IMG/VR virus record: IMGVR_UViG_3300022700_000179 | Span: 32,001-96,000 of that record | Strand: one strand, 5' to 3' | Origin: a virus | Length of the DNA: 64,000 nucleotides | In this document: in pieces, positions 1 through 8,085 of the stretch | How positions within the stretch are numbered: position 1 is the stretch's first letter | Layout: each line of letters opens with the position of its first letter | The notes under the pieces: generated by a model | Told to the model about the DNA's origin: nothing | Database searches by the model: none | Seen by the model: the letters and a program-made list of their open reading frames with translations, nothing else | Program-made: the position numbers and the translations under genes

Positions 1-61
1 AAGGCCGCGTCGGCTCCTTTACAGGGGTGCTATTTACAAGAGAGCATATGAGAAAAGTCAG

Positions 62-349
62 ATGGGTGACTTTTCTATTGATGAAGTCGTATTGCACTCT
101 AAACTTATGCCGTACGGAATAATGGAATCCGGCGATGCTTACTGCCCGCGCGGCGGTTGGCATCCAATGTGGGCTGACATACGGGGACGTAAGTGGGCTG
201 AGGTAGATCCACCGGATGCCATGCGGCAACAGTTACCCGCAGGTGAACAGTATTTCCTACGTATTGATAATAAACCAGATTGGCGTTGGGAATGGGGAGA
301 GGGGGTGGATGACCAATCAGTGCTCAACACTTACTTACGTCGGAAATAG
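62..349 (+). CDS. hypothetical protein
   Basis: 95-aa ORF with ATG start, converging on the ncRNA tract; no recognised motif. Confidence 0.5.
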   Translation: MGDFSIDEVVLHSKLMPYGIMESGDAYCPRGGWHPMWADIRGRKWAEVDPPDAMRQQLPAGEQYFLRIDNKPDWRWEWGEGVDDQSVLNTYLRRK

Positions 350-360
350 GTAGTTCTTTT

Positions 361-437
361 TGATGGGAGCGACAGGAATCGAACCTGCTCTTCTGGGGAC
401 CGTACTCCACAGTGTGCTGCCTTTACACCACGCTCCC
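361..437 (-). ncRNA. tRNA-like element with aberrant 20-nt anticodon arm and a TCA 3' end
   Basis: GGGAGCG-TG-GTGT AAAGGCA GCAC-A-CTGTGGA GTACGG TCCCCAG-AAGA-GCAGG TTCGATT CCTGT-CGCTCCC-A-TCA. Confidence 0.8.
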
Positions 438-559
438 AGGTGGCCCGAAGGTGTATACCCAACAACTCCGGGCCTGCTTTGCCGGTACATAGTAACGGTT
501 GCCCACAAAAAGGGCTTCCTATCGCCGACGACGTTTAAGTTGCCGCTTCAGTTCTAACC

Positions 560-629
560 GCCCACGCTCTATCGCTGAGCTACAGGTCCATATAGAGGAC
601 CTGATGGGATTCAAACCCACGCCTTGGGC
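560..629 (-). ncRNA. circularly permuted tRNA-like domain (YrlA-type topology)
   Basis: GCCCA-AGGC-GTGGG TTTGAAT CCCAT-CAGGTCC TCTATAT GGACCTG-TA-GCTC AGCGATA GAGC-G-TGGGC: T arm, closed acceptor hairpin, D arm, open anticodon stem. Confidence 0.85.
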
Positions 630-729
630 TATATTGTCAGCAACATTCGATTCGACGAAACCGGCCAATGCTCAGCTTTGGAGAATAGCTTCAACTTTAG
701 TGGCTCGTAAACTACCGACGGCCGTATTC

Positions 730-834
730 CAGGCGGTGCTGTTGAGTACGGTTGCGTATGCCATTTCGCCATCCCTACGTAAAATGTAGGGAGCAGGATT
801 CGAACCTGCATGTCGATATGCTCACATCGCCCTG
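730..834 (-). ncRNA. circularly permuted tRNA-like domain on a long stem
   Basis: GCAGG TTCGAAT CCTGC-TCCCTAC ATTTTAC GTAGGGA-TG-GCG AAATGGCATA CGC (core about 753-809), with an imperfect enclosing stem. Confidence 0.8.
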
Positions 835-905
835 ATTTTGAATTTGAGTTTCAGCTTGTCTCCACTGCTAAGCTGCTTTGTCTTCTGCTACTACTCCGTT
901 TACAG

Positions 906-1643
906 TTACCCAAGCAAGAAGCTGAACAGTGCATCACCGACGGATTGTTTGTCGTCAACCTCCACAGAGTTGGCCTGTTCTCGGGCGAACTTCACCGCCT
1001 TGAGCATTTTCCGTGCTCGTTGCTGTAGCTCTTTCTTCCTATCCGCTGTCACAGCGCCAGACTGTTTGATGGTCGTCCAGGTTCCCACGATTTTGTCGAC
1101 CTGAACCAATTGTGTCTGTGCTGGATGTTCCGGCGTGGCCGGGAACAATACAATCGGTTCGTGTACCTTCGATTTTTTTGTGGTATCCACCGGGGCCGAC
1201 TTGAACAGTCCCGTAGCCGCATCCTTGCTCCAGGCAAAAGCTGGATCGAGTACTGGTAAGCTGTCAATAACCGTATTTAGGTCGGTTAGTTGCTTCTCCA
1301 AGAAGAGCAGGTGCGTGGCTGGTATGCGCGTTAGTAGCGTTTTACCATCCACCACTACATCTGCGTACGCATGACAGTTTGCAGCATCCTTCGCGTACAC
1401 CGTATCCATGTATTCGGTGAGCTGCTCTGCCACTTCCTGTAGCGTGTCTTCTACACGCATCTGAACGAGATGCCGTTCGGGTGGGAAGTCCTCCCCGTCC
1501 TCATCCTTTTTGGAGTAGGTTTTGGAGAAGCCTTCAAAAAGCGCCGATTTTTGCAGGGCCTTGTATTGGTCCGTGACAAAACGCATGACTCGAGTTTTGA
1601 CACCCTTTTCTACTGCGATGATCTGATGCAATTTGGTTGTCAT
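906..1643 (-). CDS. uncharacterised helical/coiled-coil protein (N-terminal KLHQIIAVEKG); candidate binder of the downstream ncRNA
   Basis: 245-aa ORF, SD AAAGGA, own promoter; resembles my recollection of a conserved DUF family (not verified). Confidence 0.85.
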   Translation of the reverse strand: MTTKLHQIIAVEKGVKTRVMRFVTDQYKALQKSALFEGFSKTYSKKDEDGEDFPPERHLVQMRVEDTLQEVAEQLTEYMDTVYAKDAANCHAYADVVVDGKTLLTRIPATHLLFLEKQLTDLNTVIDSLPVLDPAFAWSKDAATGLFKSAPVDTTKKSKVHEPIVLFPATPEHPAQTQLVQVDKIVGTWTTIKQSGAVTADRKKELQQRARKMLKAVKFAREQANSVEVDDKQSVGDALFSFLLG

Positions 1644-1683
1644 GGTTAATTCCTTTCAGGTTCAGTTTCGTTCTGTGTCCGCA

Positions 1684-1712
1684 ACAATACGGTACCTCTT
1701 TGTTGCTGTCAA
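1684..1712 (-). promoter_or_regulatory. sigma70-type promoter for ORF 906-1643 and the ncRNA
   Basis: TTGACA-N17-TATTGT. Confidence 0.7.
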
Positions 1713-1808
1713 GCAAAATTTTTGTTGCGTGATCTTTTTGGGGCTACCGCGAGGTTTTGTGGGGCCAGGAGTCAAACTGCTCCCTAACACTACCCTTACC
1801 TATGGAAG

Positions 1809-1883
1809 TGGTCGGCGCGGAGTCGGACCGAGTACCTCGTAGTTGATCAACGTCAACAAGGTGCCCCCTCTATACAGCCGATC
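1809..1883 (-). ncRNA. degenerate tRNA-like element downstream of the Pth2-like gene
   Basis: GATCGG.../CCGACC-A acceptor-like pairing, CGG TCCGACT CCG T-arm-like hairpin, long CCTTGT/ACGAGG arm. Confidence 0.35.
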
Positions 1884-1886
1884 CGA

Positions 1887-2422
1887 TCATTGCTTTACAT
1901 TTCTTGCTGCGGTTCTGGCTACGCGTAGCCTTCGTCGTAGCTTGACCCACCAGCTGGACTCCGATTTATTTAACTCCAATTTATTTATTTGCTTTTGCAT
2001 GGTTTCAATTTGCGTGGTGTACTGTTTTCTTTTATTTAAATAACTATTTATATAATGTTTCATCATGTTCTGGGATTCCAAGAAGTGCATGAAGCGGATG
2101 AGTGGTAGTTCACTTAGGTATTGTCCCCGTATAGACTTATGGCCAGGGACAACGCCCAGGGCCATCAGTTGTCCCGCGAATCTACCGTGGGACGCCTCCA
2201 CTCTGTGAATGGGCACGCCTTTGGCTTCAAGCTTGTCTGCCAGCATACTAAGCTGACTCTCAGACTCTACGCCAAGCGCGACGGCATGTGTACCGGATTT
2301 AATGTTGCCATTTGATGATTCCCCAGCAGCGTGGATTAGTTGTGCTGAGGCTACACCAACCGTAGATCTGTACGGGTGATGCAATAATGGCAGATGGGAT
2401 CGGGAGGTGTGGACTGAGTCAC
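1887..2422 (-). pseudogene. Pth2-like peptidyl-tRNA hydrolase with an apparent 1-nt frameshift near 2361
   Basis: GTG at 2422 gives MTQSTPPDPICHYCITRTDL; the next frame gives VGVASAQLIHAAGES...ALGVVPG...LSELPL; joined they give a Pth2-type HY.I.R.DLP.G...AQ..HA motif. Confidence 0.7.
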
Positions 2423-2470
2423 GGTCGCATCGATTTTTCCTTTGGCCGATTTATATTTTTCGATAAAGTA

Positions 2471-2499
2471 AACGTAACCATTCGCTGTACAGAAGTCAA
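2471..2499 (-). promoter_or_regulatory. sigma70-type promoter upstream of the Pth2-like gene
   Basis: TTGACT-N17-TACGTT. Confidence 0.5.
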
Positions 2500-2576
2500 G
2501 AAGTATTTTTGTTTTTCTTGCAACCCCTTGTCTTAGTTGGCTTTTAGGTTACGCGCACATGTAGTACTATGTAGTA

Positions 2577-3425
2577 CTATTTCGCTTTATTATATACATG
2601 ACCTTTATACATTATCTTGTCAGGTAAAGTTTTACTACTGGCGGTTGTATCTTTGCTGTTTACACTGTTGGCGACTTCGTCGAACACTTTTTTTGCGTCT
2701 TCTAGTGAGAAGTCTTCTCCTCGTGGTGAGCCGCAAGCTTTGGGGTGGCCTGCAAAGTGGATGCCCGCGACATTATTATTACCAAATTGGTAGTCATTTG
2801 ATGGGGCACAATAAATGGAGATGCTCTTAAAATGTTTTCTGTATACGACTACACAAGCGTAGCCGTCGTCATACGGTCTGCTGGGGTCGAAGCTGTCCTC
2901 TTTCCCTACTGCCCAAAGTCCTACCTTACCTTCTTTACTTACCAAATTGTTCTTCAGTGTTTGCTCTGCTTGTCTAGTGGCCTCTTTTCCTACCTTTATG
3001 TAGTTGGCCACAGGAATGCGGAGCATCTTTTTGATTTTGTCGGTGACTTCCTGGGGCTCTTTTTCCGTTCTTGGGAACCCTATGTCTTTAGCTATACTGT
3101 TAACACCAACCATAAAGGAATATGAGTCGTTCATTCGGTTTTCTACTACGGAGCTACCATTGACGTCCACCTTCTCAATTAGGTCGTAGTCGAGTTCGGG
3201 CATGGGTAATCCGGACATTCTGAATAACCCTAATAGTGTGTCTGCGTCGACATGTGTGATCTCTACGATGTCATTTGGTCCCAGCCTGGGTATTTCTGTG
3301 TTGTTGGACGGTGCTGGGTAACTGGAGTATTCTCCATGATGGTCGAAGTGCTTTACATTATCCGCCAATCCCGCTTCGATGGAGTAGTTTTTACCTGTTG
3401 CCTTGGGGACTAAAAATACTCGCAT
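2577..3425 (-). CDS. DHH-like phosphoesterase with a C-terminal tag motif
   Basis: FDHHG, THVDADT and FAGHPKACGSPRG motifs; SD GGAGG; ends PDKIMYKGHVYNKAK. Confidence 0.6.
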   Translation of the reverse strand: MRVFLVPKATGKNYSIEAGLADNVKHFDHHGEYSSYPAPSNNTEIPRLGPNDIVEITHVDADTLLGLFRMSGLPMPELDYDLIEKVDVNGSSVVENRMNDSYSFMVGVNSIAKDIGFPRTEKEPQEVTDKIKKMLRIPVANYIKVGKEATRQAEQTLKNNLVSKEGKVGLWAVGKEDSFDPSRPYDDGYACVVVYRKHFKSISIYCAPSNDYQFGNNNVAGIHFAGHPKACGSPRGEDFSLEDAKKVFDEVANSVNSKDTTASSKTLPDKIMYKGHVYNKAK

Positions 3426-3574
3426 TTGCGCCTCCTTGCTATGCTTTTACGTTTACAGTATTTGGATACGAGAACGTAACTACTTTGTGCTAGACATTTC
3501 GGGGCTATACAAGTTACTTTATTGTGTATTTTGAGCACCTTTTGGTGAACAACTGCTAAGGTGAGGCTAGCGCT

Positions 3575-4174
3575 ATGCGTCGTGTGCCCAGCTATGTCCT
3601 GTATGAAGGTTCGACTTACCAATTGGTTGTACCTAAACTTTTGCGATTTAAGGGTGCGGTATACCAGCTCGTTGAAGCTGTCATGCCAGCAAAGGCTGCC
3701 GAAGTCAAAGTAAGACAACTGCAGCGTGCGGTAGCGCGCCCGCCTACGGCAAAAATGGTGAACTCTTCTGACTGGGTTCCGGGTGAAGGTGGGATCTTGT
3801 CTTCTGTAAGCACTAAAGACGATGGACTGCCTATGTTAGTCATGTGGAATCCTATTACATCGGAAATGATGATGTCATCAGACAAAAACCTGTCTATTAT
3901 AACGCATAGTGATCTTTTTAAAAAAATGCGCCCGCAGCTCAAGGATTATCCCTTTTCACATATCCGAGATTGGGTGCGTGCTTCAGTAGATCAAAGTAAG
4001 AAGGAGGTAGCTCTCTGGCCTTGGCAGCCGCTTTTGGAGCACGTGATGTACCTGCAATCTCCAGAAGATCTTCGACAGATGGAGTCGATTCACGCACGTG
4101 GTAATCCCGTATTTGAGCAGTTGATACAGGAATTAGGTTCTGGGAACTATTCTTTCAGAACTTACAAAGTATAA
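3575..4174 (+). CDS. hypothetical protein with two N-terminal tag motifs
   Basis: PSYVLYEGSTYQLV and PKLLRFKGAVYQLV; SD GAGG. Confidence 0.75.
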   Translation: MRRVPSYVLYEGSTYQLVVPKLLRFKGAVYQLVEAVMPAKAAEVKVRQLQRAVARPPTAKMVNSSDWVPGEGGILSSVSTKDDGLPMLVMWNPITSEMMMSSDKNLSIITHSDLFKKMRPQLKDYPFSHIRDWVRASVDQSKKEVALWPWQPLLEHVMYLQSPEDLRQMESIHARGNPVFEQLIQELGSGNYSFRTYKV

Positions 4175-4190
4175 AGCGAGGACATGTAGA

Positions 4191-5705
4191 ATGCGGTTAT
4201 CAAACTTCCCGTTGCTTATCTCTTTTCGTGGTGCTAGATATGTTCTAGCGGACGAACAGCAAAAACTGGAACGGTTTCTAGCAAGCGCACAAAAGGCGTT
4301 CATCAAACTGTTGGCTACTGATGGGGCTGCGGTTTCTCTAGCAAAAGCAGCGCTGGAGAAGTATCCAGGAAAGGAGAAGGCTGCCCGCGAATATTGGATT
4401 AAGCACGCTAGGGGTTTGGATTCTGTTAAAGGTTTTCTGGGGAAGTTTGACCCTACTGGGTCAAAGCAAACAGTAATATTGCAGCGAATTCGGGATGCTG
4501 TATTTGGTGGGAACCAGTCTAAGGTTTGGGAGAAACTACATAATACTATTTTTGAGAGCTACGTAGCGTGGAAGCAGGAGAAAGCCAAAGAGCCTTTATA
4601 TCAAACTGGTCTACCAGAAGATGTAGTCCGCAAACTTTTTCCGAAGTCTTTTGCTGTAGATGTAGATCCGGACAGGAATATAGTGCAAGAATTCGAGGTT
4701 TTTGGAAGCGAGAAGCGTAGCTTAGAGCGCAAACGTCGGTCGATGTTGAAAATTATAGAAAATTGGAATAGGTTGACCGAGCAGGTCAACAAGGATCTGC
4801 AGGCGGAAGACCCTCAGCGTAGGCTCACGGCTCTTGTTACCTCTTTGATAATGGCGACGGGTATTAGAGTGGGTGGCGGGCGGACACAACTAAAAGATGA
4901 GTCTGGTAAGGCGGTAAAAGACGAGGAAGGTAATCCTGTATACATGGATACTTTTGGGGCCACCACGCTAAAGCCGGAACATATTAAATTTATCCGTGAC
5001 GACTACATGCTGATCGAGTTTCCGGGAAAAGCAGGTACGGTCAATATCGCAGGATTGTCCGACCCACAGATAGTGGCTGCTATTAAAGAACAATTGTCTA
5101 ATGTTAAGGATACGCTGTCCGGGGAGGCAGACAAGTCGGAACTTCTTTTCCGTACCAAAGATGGTCGGAAGGTTTCGGGCGATCTTGTTAATGCTTACAT
5201 ACAGAGAATATTGGGCCCAGAAGTTAGTGCACACAGCTTCCGGCATTTAAAGGCTACCGAGACTTTTTTCAGCCGATTGAAAGCCAGGGAATCCCATCTT
5301 GCTAAGAAATTGCTGGAGATCAAAAAAGCAGCTATAGATGACCTTCGTGGTCACGTCGTCAGCGAAATTTACAACGCGCTGTGGTCAACTGCGGAAGAGA
5401 CGCGGGAGATGCTTTCGCATGAAGACGTAGGGACGACCCTGGAGTACTATATCCATCCAAGGGTAATACTAAACTTTTTAAGCGGTGCGGGGTTAGACAA
5501 GGCGTTGGATGTGGTGGTTGGTGAGGGTAGGGGATTGAAACTAAAGTTTGATCCTGTTGAGTTTGTTGTCAAAATGCAGGAAAAAGTACAGGAACGGCAT
5601 ACCGCAAAAGTTTTTACAGGAAACACTACGTTTTTCCTGGGCGATAAGTTTGTTGAATATGATGTGGATGACGCTATACTTGATTTGATTGTCGAAGAAG
5701 AGTAG
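4191..5705 (+). CDS. DNA topoisomerase IB (viral/bacterial type) with an N-terminal tag motif
   Basis: Catalytic R-K-R-H-Y set in TGIRVGG, FPGKAG, HSFRHLKAT and LSHEDVGTTLEYYIHP; also FGATTL. Confidence 0.85.
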   Translation: MRLSNFPLLISFRGARYVLADEQQKLERFLASAQKAFIKLLATDGAAVSLAKAALEKYPGKEKAAREYWIKHARGLDSVKGFLGKFDPTGSKQTVILQRIRDAVFGGNQSKVWEKLHNTIFESYVAWKQEKAKEPLYQTGLPEDVVRKLFPKSFAVDVDPDRNIVQEFEVFGSEKRSLERKRRSMLKIIENWNRLTEQVNKDLQAEDPQRRLTALVTSLIMATGIRVGGGRTQLKDESGKAVKDEEGNPVYMDTFGATTLKPEHIKFIRDDYMLIEFPGKAGTVNIAGLSDPQIVAAIKEQLSNVKDTLSGEADKSELLFRTKDGRKVSGDLVNAYIQRILGPEVSAHSFRHLKATETFFSRLKARESHLAKKLLEIKKAAIDDLRGHVVSEIYNALWSTAEETREMLSHEDVGTTLEYYIHPRVILNFLSGAGLDKALDVVVGEGRGLKLKFDPVEFVVKMQEKVQERHTAKVFTGNTTFFLGDKFVEYDVDDAILDLIVEEE

Positions 5706-5744
5706 GACCCACCAAAAAAATCCCAAGAAAAACAGATCAGGGGG

Positions 5745-5772
5745 TTGATTTTTACGAATGGGGGACTACAAT
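5745..5772 (+). promoter_or_regulatory. sigma70-type promoter for the NYN gene
   Basis: TTGATT-N16-TACAAT. Confidence 0.45.
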
Positions 5773-5837
5773 CCCCGTATGACCGTACCGATCGGCTCAA
5801 TTGTGGGCCCACTAGCATCCAGAAAGCGAGATAATTC

Positions 5838-6422
5838 ATGATCAACGACAGAACCGCAATTTTCATCGATGGGGCATATTTCGACAAGTTGCTCGAACTT
5901 GAATTCGGGCGGCTCCGTGTAGACTTTAACGCCTTCGTAAATAAGGCGCTTAAAGAGGACAACGTTTTCAGAACATACTATTACCACTGTCGTCCATTTA
6001 TGAGTACAAACCCTACTCCAGAGGAACAAAAACGTTACGAAGCAAAAGAGCGGTTTTTCTCTGCTTTGTCTTCTCTGCCAAGATTCGAGGTCCGTTTGGG
6101 AAAGTTGGTGTATCGCGGTCAGGACGAAAATGATCGGCCGATTTTCATACAAAAGCTAGTAGATATTATGCTCGGGGTAGACCTAGTACGGCTGGCCGCA
6201 ACACGCCAGATTACTCGGGCACTTTTAGTGGCTGGGGACAGTGATTTCGTTCCAGCGGTTGAGGAAGCGAAGCGGCAAGGGGTGCTGTTATCTCTTTTTC
6301 ACGGCCCTTCGCGGAGTTTGAACGGTAATTCGGGAACAGTACATCGTGAACTCTGGGAAGCGTGTGACGAACGTTTTGAGATCACTCAGGAGTTTCTGAA
6401 TTCAATCCGCCGTAAGGCTTAA
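5838..6422 (+). CDS. NYN-domain (LabA/DUF88, PIN-like) ribonuclease
   Basis: AIFIDGAY, QKLVDIMLGVD and LVAGDSDFVPAV motifs. Confidence 0.9.
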   Translation: MINDRTAIFIDGAYFDKLLELEFGRLRVDFNAFVNKALKEDNVFRTYYYHCRPFMSTNPTPEEQKRYEAKERFFSALSSLPRFEVRLGKLVYRGQDENDRPIFIQKLVDIMLGVDLVRLAATRQITRALLVAGDSDFVPAVEEAKRQGVLLSLFHGPSRSLNGNSGTVHRELWEACDERFEITQEFLNSIRRKA

Positions 6423-6598
6423 ATGCATTCATGGTTAGTTGTTACCCAAGTTTTCGCTTCCTCATCCGTATCGAAGTAAGCATGTATATCTGGTTCATGC
6501 ATATTTAATGCAAGCCAGGTAGTATCTTCTTCCACTTCCATAACAAGATAGACCTTGCAGGGGCACACGTAAACTGCTTCTTCTGTCCAGTCTGTCAT
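6419..6598 (-). CDS. small hypothetical protein (59 aa, below the ORF-track cutoff)
   Basis: SD AAGGAG; MTDWTEEAVYVCPCKVYL... Confidence 0.55.
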   Translation of the reverse strand: MTDWTEEAVYVCPCKVYLVMEVEEDTTWLALNMHEPDIHAYFDTDEEAKTWVTTNHECI

Positions 6599-6765
6599 TT
6601 TTCTCTCCTTTTTAAACTCGACAGTTCCATCTCTACCTGACCTATACCGCCCGGTAGTTTACATTTTGTACGCTGACCTTGGTATAGAGTACCATGATAT
6701 GCGCACAGCAGATCAACGGGAGCCACAACTGTAAAGGACTTTGTTAGAAGAGGAGCAGTTCAATT

Positions 6766-7023
6766 ATGCCCAATCGATCCAGTGGTTCACGGTATCCTTA
6801 CATGCTCGCTGCAGATTTACTGCGCAGTGTTGGTCCTGTAAACTCAGGAGGGTTAGTTCTCACAAGAGTTGACGCCTCTGCAATTATACAGCTTGTCGCC
6901 AACGCACTATCCATTAGTAAGAAAGAACTGTCCGAGAAATTAGCTAATTACTATCTTGATAATGAGGATGCTCTAACCGAAGACTCCGCTTATACAATCC
7001 TTTCTCAATTGGCTATGCGCTAA
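6766..7023 (+). CDS. hypothetical protein
   Basis: SD AGGAG; 85 aa. Confidence 0.65.
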   Translation: MPNRSSGSRYPYMLAADLLRSVGPVNSGGLVLTRVDASAIIQLVANALSISKKELSEKLANYYLDNEDALTEDSAYTILSQLAMR

Positions 7024-7053
7024 TTTGTAAAATATACTTATATCTCGTATGAG

Positions 7054-7269
7054 ATGTCTCGATACTACATACAACGGGTATACTTTATCGCAGAGCCCGA
7101 TGAAGAGGGGCGTGTGCCCATGCTTGCAAGTGCGGTAGGTGATAGGATGTACACGGAACTCGACAAAGCGAAAGAGACCGCTTCTGCCTTAAACAGGTTG
7201 TTGGGAGTGCATGAGCGTTACAAAGTATTTTTGGCAACCATAGAGATCCCAAGAGATCAGTTAGCCTAG
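7054..7269 (+). CDS. hypothetical protein
   Basis: 71-aa ORF in a tandem run. Confidence 0.55.
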   Translation: MSRYYIQRVYFIAEPDEEGRVPMLASAVGDRMYTELDKAKETASALNRLLGVHERYKVFLATIEIPRDQLA

Positions 7270-7278
7270 GTGTGTATT

Positions 7279-7829
7279 ATGGCCAGGTCGATACTAAATC
7301 TGGGTCGGTTGCCTGATCTACGTGTGGGTATAACCCCACCGTTTTACATTGTTCCTCCGAAGGAGGAGGGTGGTACTGTAAAGGAGGGTCCGAGGATCCG
7401 TGTCCCCCTCCCAGAGCCGGAAGGCACTATCGACATTGAGGTGACTCGTTGCCAGTACTGCGGAGCCGCAATTTCTTCGGGGGATTCTATTTGCGGCAAT
7501 TGTAAAATGCCACAATAACTGCAAGAGACAGTTTACATGCCATTGGAGGCGCCAATCGGCCATACTGTGTTCGTTGTGGTCGGTCCGTAGGGACTTGGCT
7601 GGATTCGGACGGTAGAGAGCACTGTAGAAAATTTCTATCGGCTGTTGCTTATGGCTACCCTAACGGTCAGCTTTTATGTGATGAGTGTATTTACAAGGAT
7701 TCTGTTCGTCAGACCCGAAAAAAGCTTGAAAAAGGGCTTGACGACCCAGATCCATCTGGTATGGTAACGAGCAGACTAGCTGAGTTGTATCGTAATGCAG
7801 ACTTAGCTGGGACCAAGAAGAAGAGTTGA
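7279..7829 (+). pseudogene. multi zinc-ribbon protein with an apparent 1-nt frameshift near 7513
   Basis: CQYC and CGNC before TAA at 7516; the -1 frame stays open from 7515 to 7829 with CVRC and CDEC and has no start codon near its 5' end. Confidence 0.5.
7738..7765 (+). promoter_or_regulatory. candidate promoter for the Y RNA-Ro60 operon
   Basis: TTGACG-N16-TATGGT with an extended -10 TG. Confidence 0.4.
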
Positions 7830-7832
7830 CAA

Positions 7833-7894
7833 TCGGGTGATGCAGGCATCGGATACTTCGAATGGGTCAAGACTGATGTCGTCCATTTCCCCGA
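7833..7894 (+). ncRNA. Y-RNA-like repeat 1 (stem only, no tRNA module)
   Basis: TCGGGTGATGCA-GGCATCGG-ATACTTCG...CTGATGTC-GTCCATTTCCCCGA. Confidence 0.7.
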
Positions 7895-7939
7895 GGTTAA
7901 AATCATGTCTACCGTCCTGGTCCAGCACTGGTAGACTTT

Positions 7940-8082
7940 AGGTCCGGGTGATGCAGAAACGGCCTACTTCGCAATTGGTCGGTTGTCGCGGGTTCGATCC
8001 CCGCCTCCTTGGGTTATCAATCCTAGGGAGTAGCTCAGAGGACAGAGCACCGGGTAGCTGTTTTGATTGTTTCCCCGAACCT
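7940..8082 (+). ncRNA. yrlA: Y RNA, YrlA-like (putative Ro-binding stem plus permuted tRNA module)
   Basis: Shared GGGTGATGCA...TACTTCG...TTTCCCCGA frame enclosing T arm GCGGG TTCGATC CCCGC, closed acceptor hairpin CTCCTTGGG/CCTAGGGAG and D arm GCTC AGAGGACA GAGC; directly upstream of Ro60. Confidence 0.85.
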
Positions 8083-8085
8083 TTC

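Larger units (their letters stand above)
361..905 (-). ncRNA. long structured ncRNA downstream of ORF 906-1643, with three tRNA-like domains and hexamer-repeat tracts
   Basis: No credible ORF; three T-arms, D-arms and 7-bp acceptor-type helices read on the - strand; enclosing stems CAGG-GCG/CGC-CTG and GCCGGT/ACCGGC. Boundaries are approximate. Confidence 0.75.

Noticed and set aside
560-810. A single tRNA split by an anticodon intron
   Set aside because: The 5' acceptor strand GTAGGGA cannot pair with the downstream CAGGTCC; each pairs locally, which supports permuted modules.
360-1104. Short ORFs over the ncRNA tract (360-557, 499-789, 629-811, 810-1028, 838-1104)
   Set aside because: They have no SD or protein-like features and are shadows of tRNA-like sequence or antisense to ORF 906-1643.
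4191-5705. Tyrosine integrase or protelomerase
   Set aside because: The GATTL, FPGKAG and YIHP motifs and their spacing fit Topo IB better; no att-like or telomere palindrome was seen.
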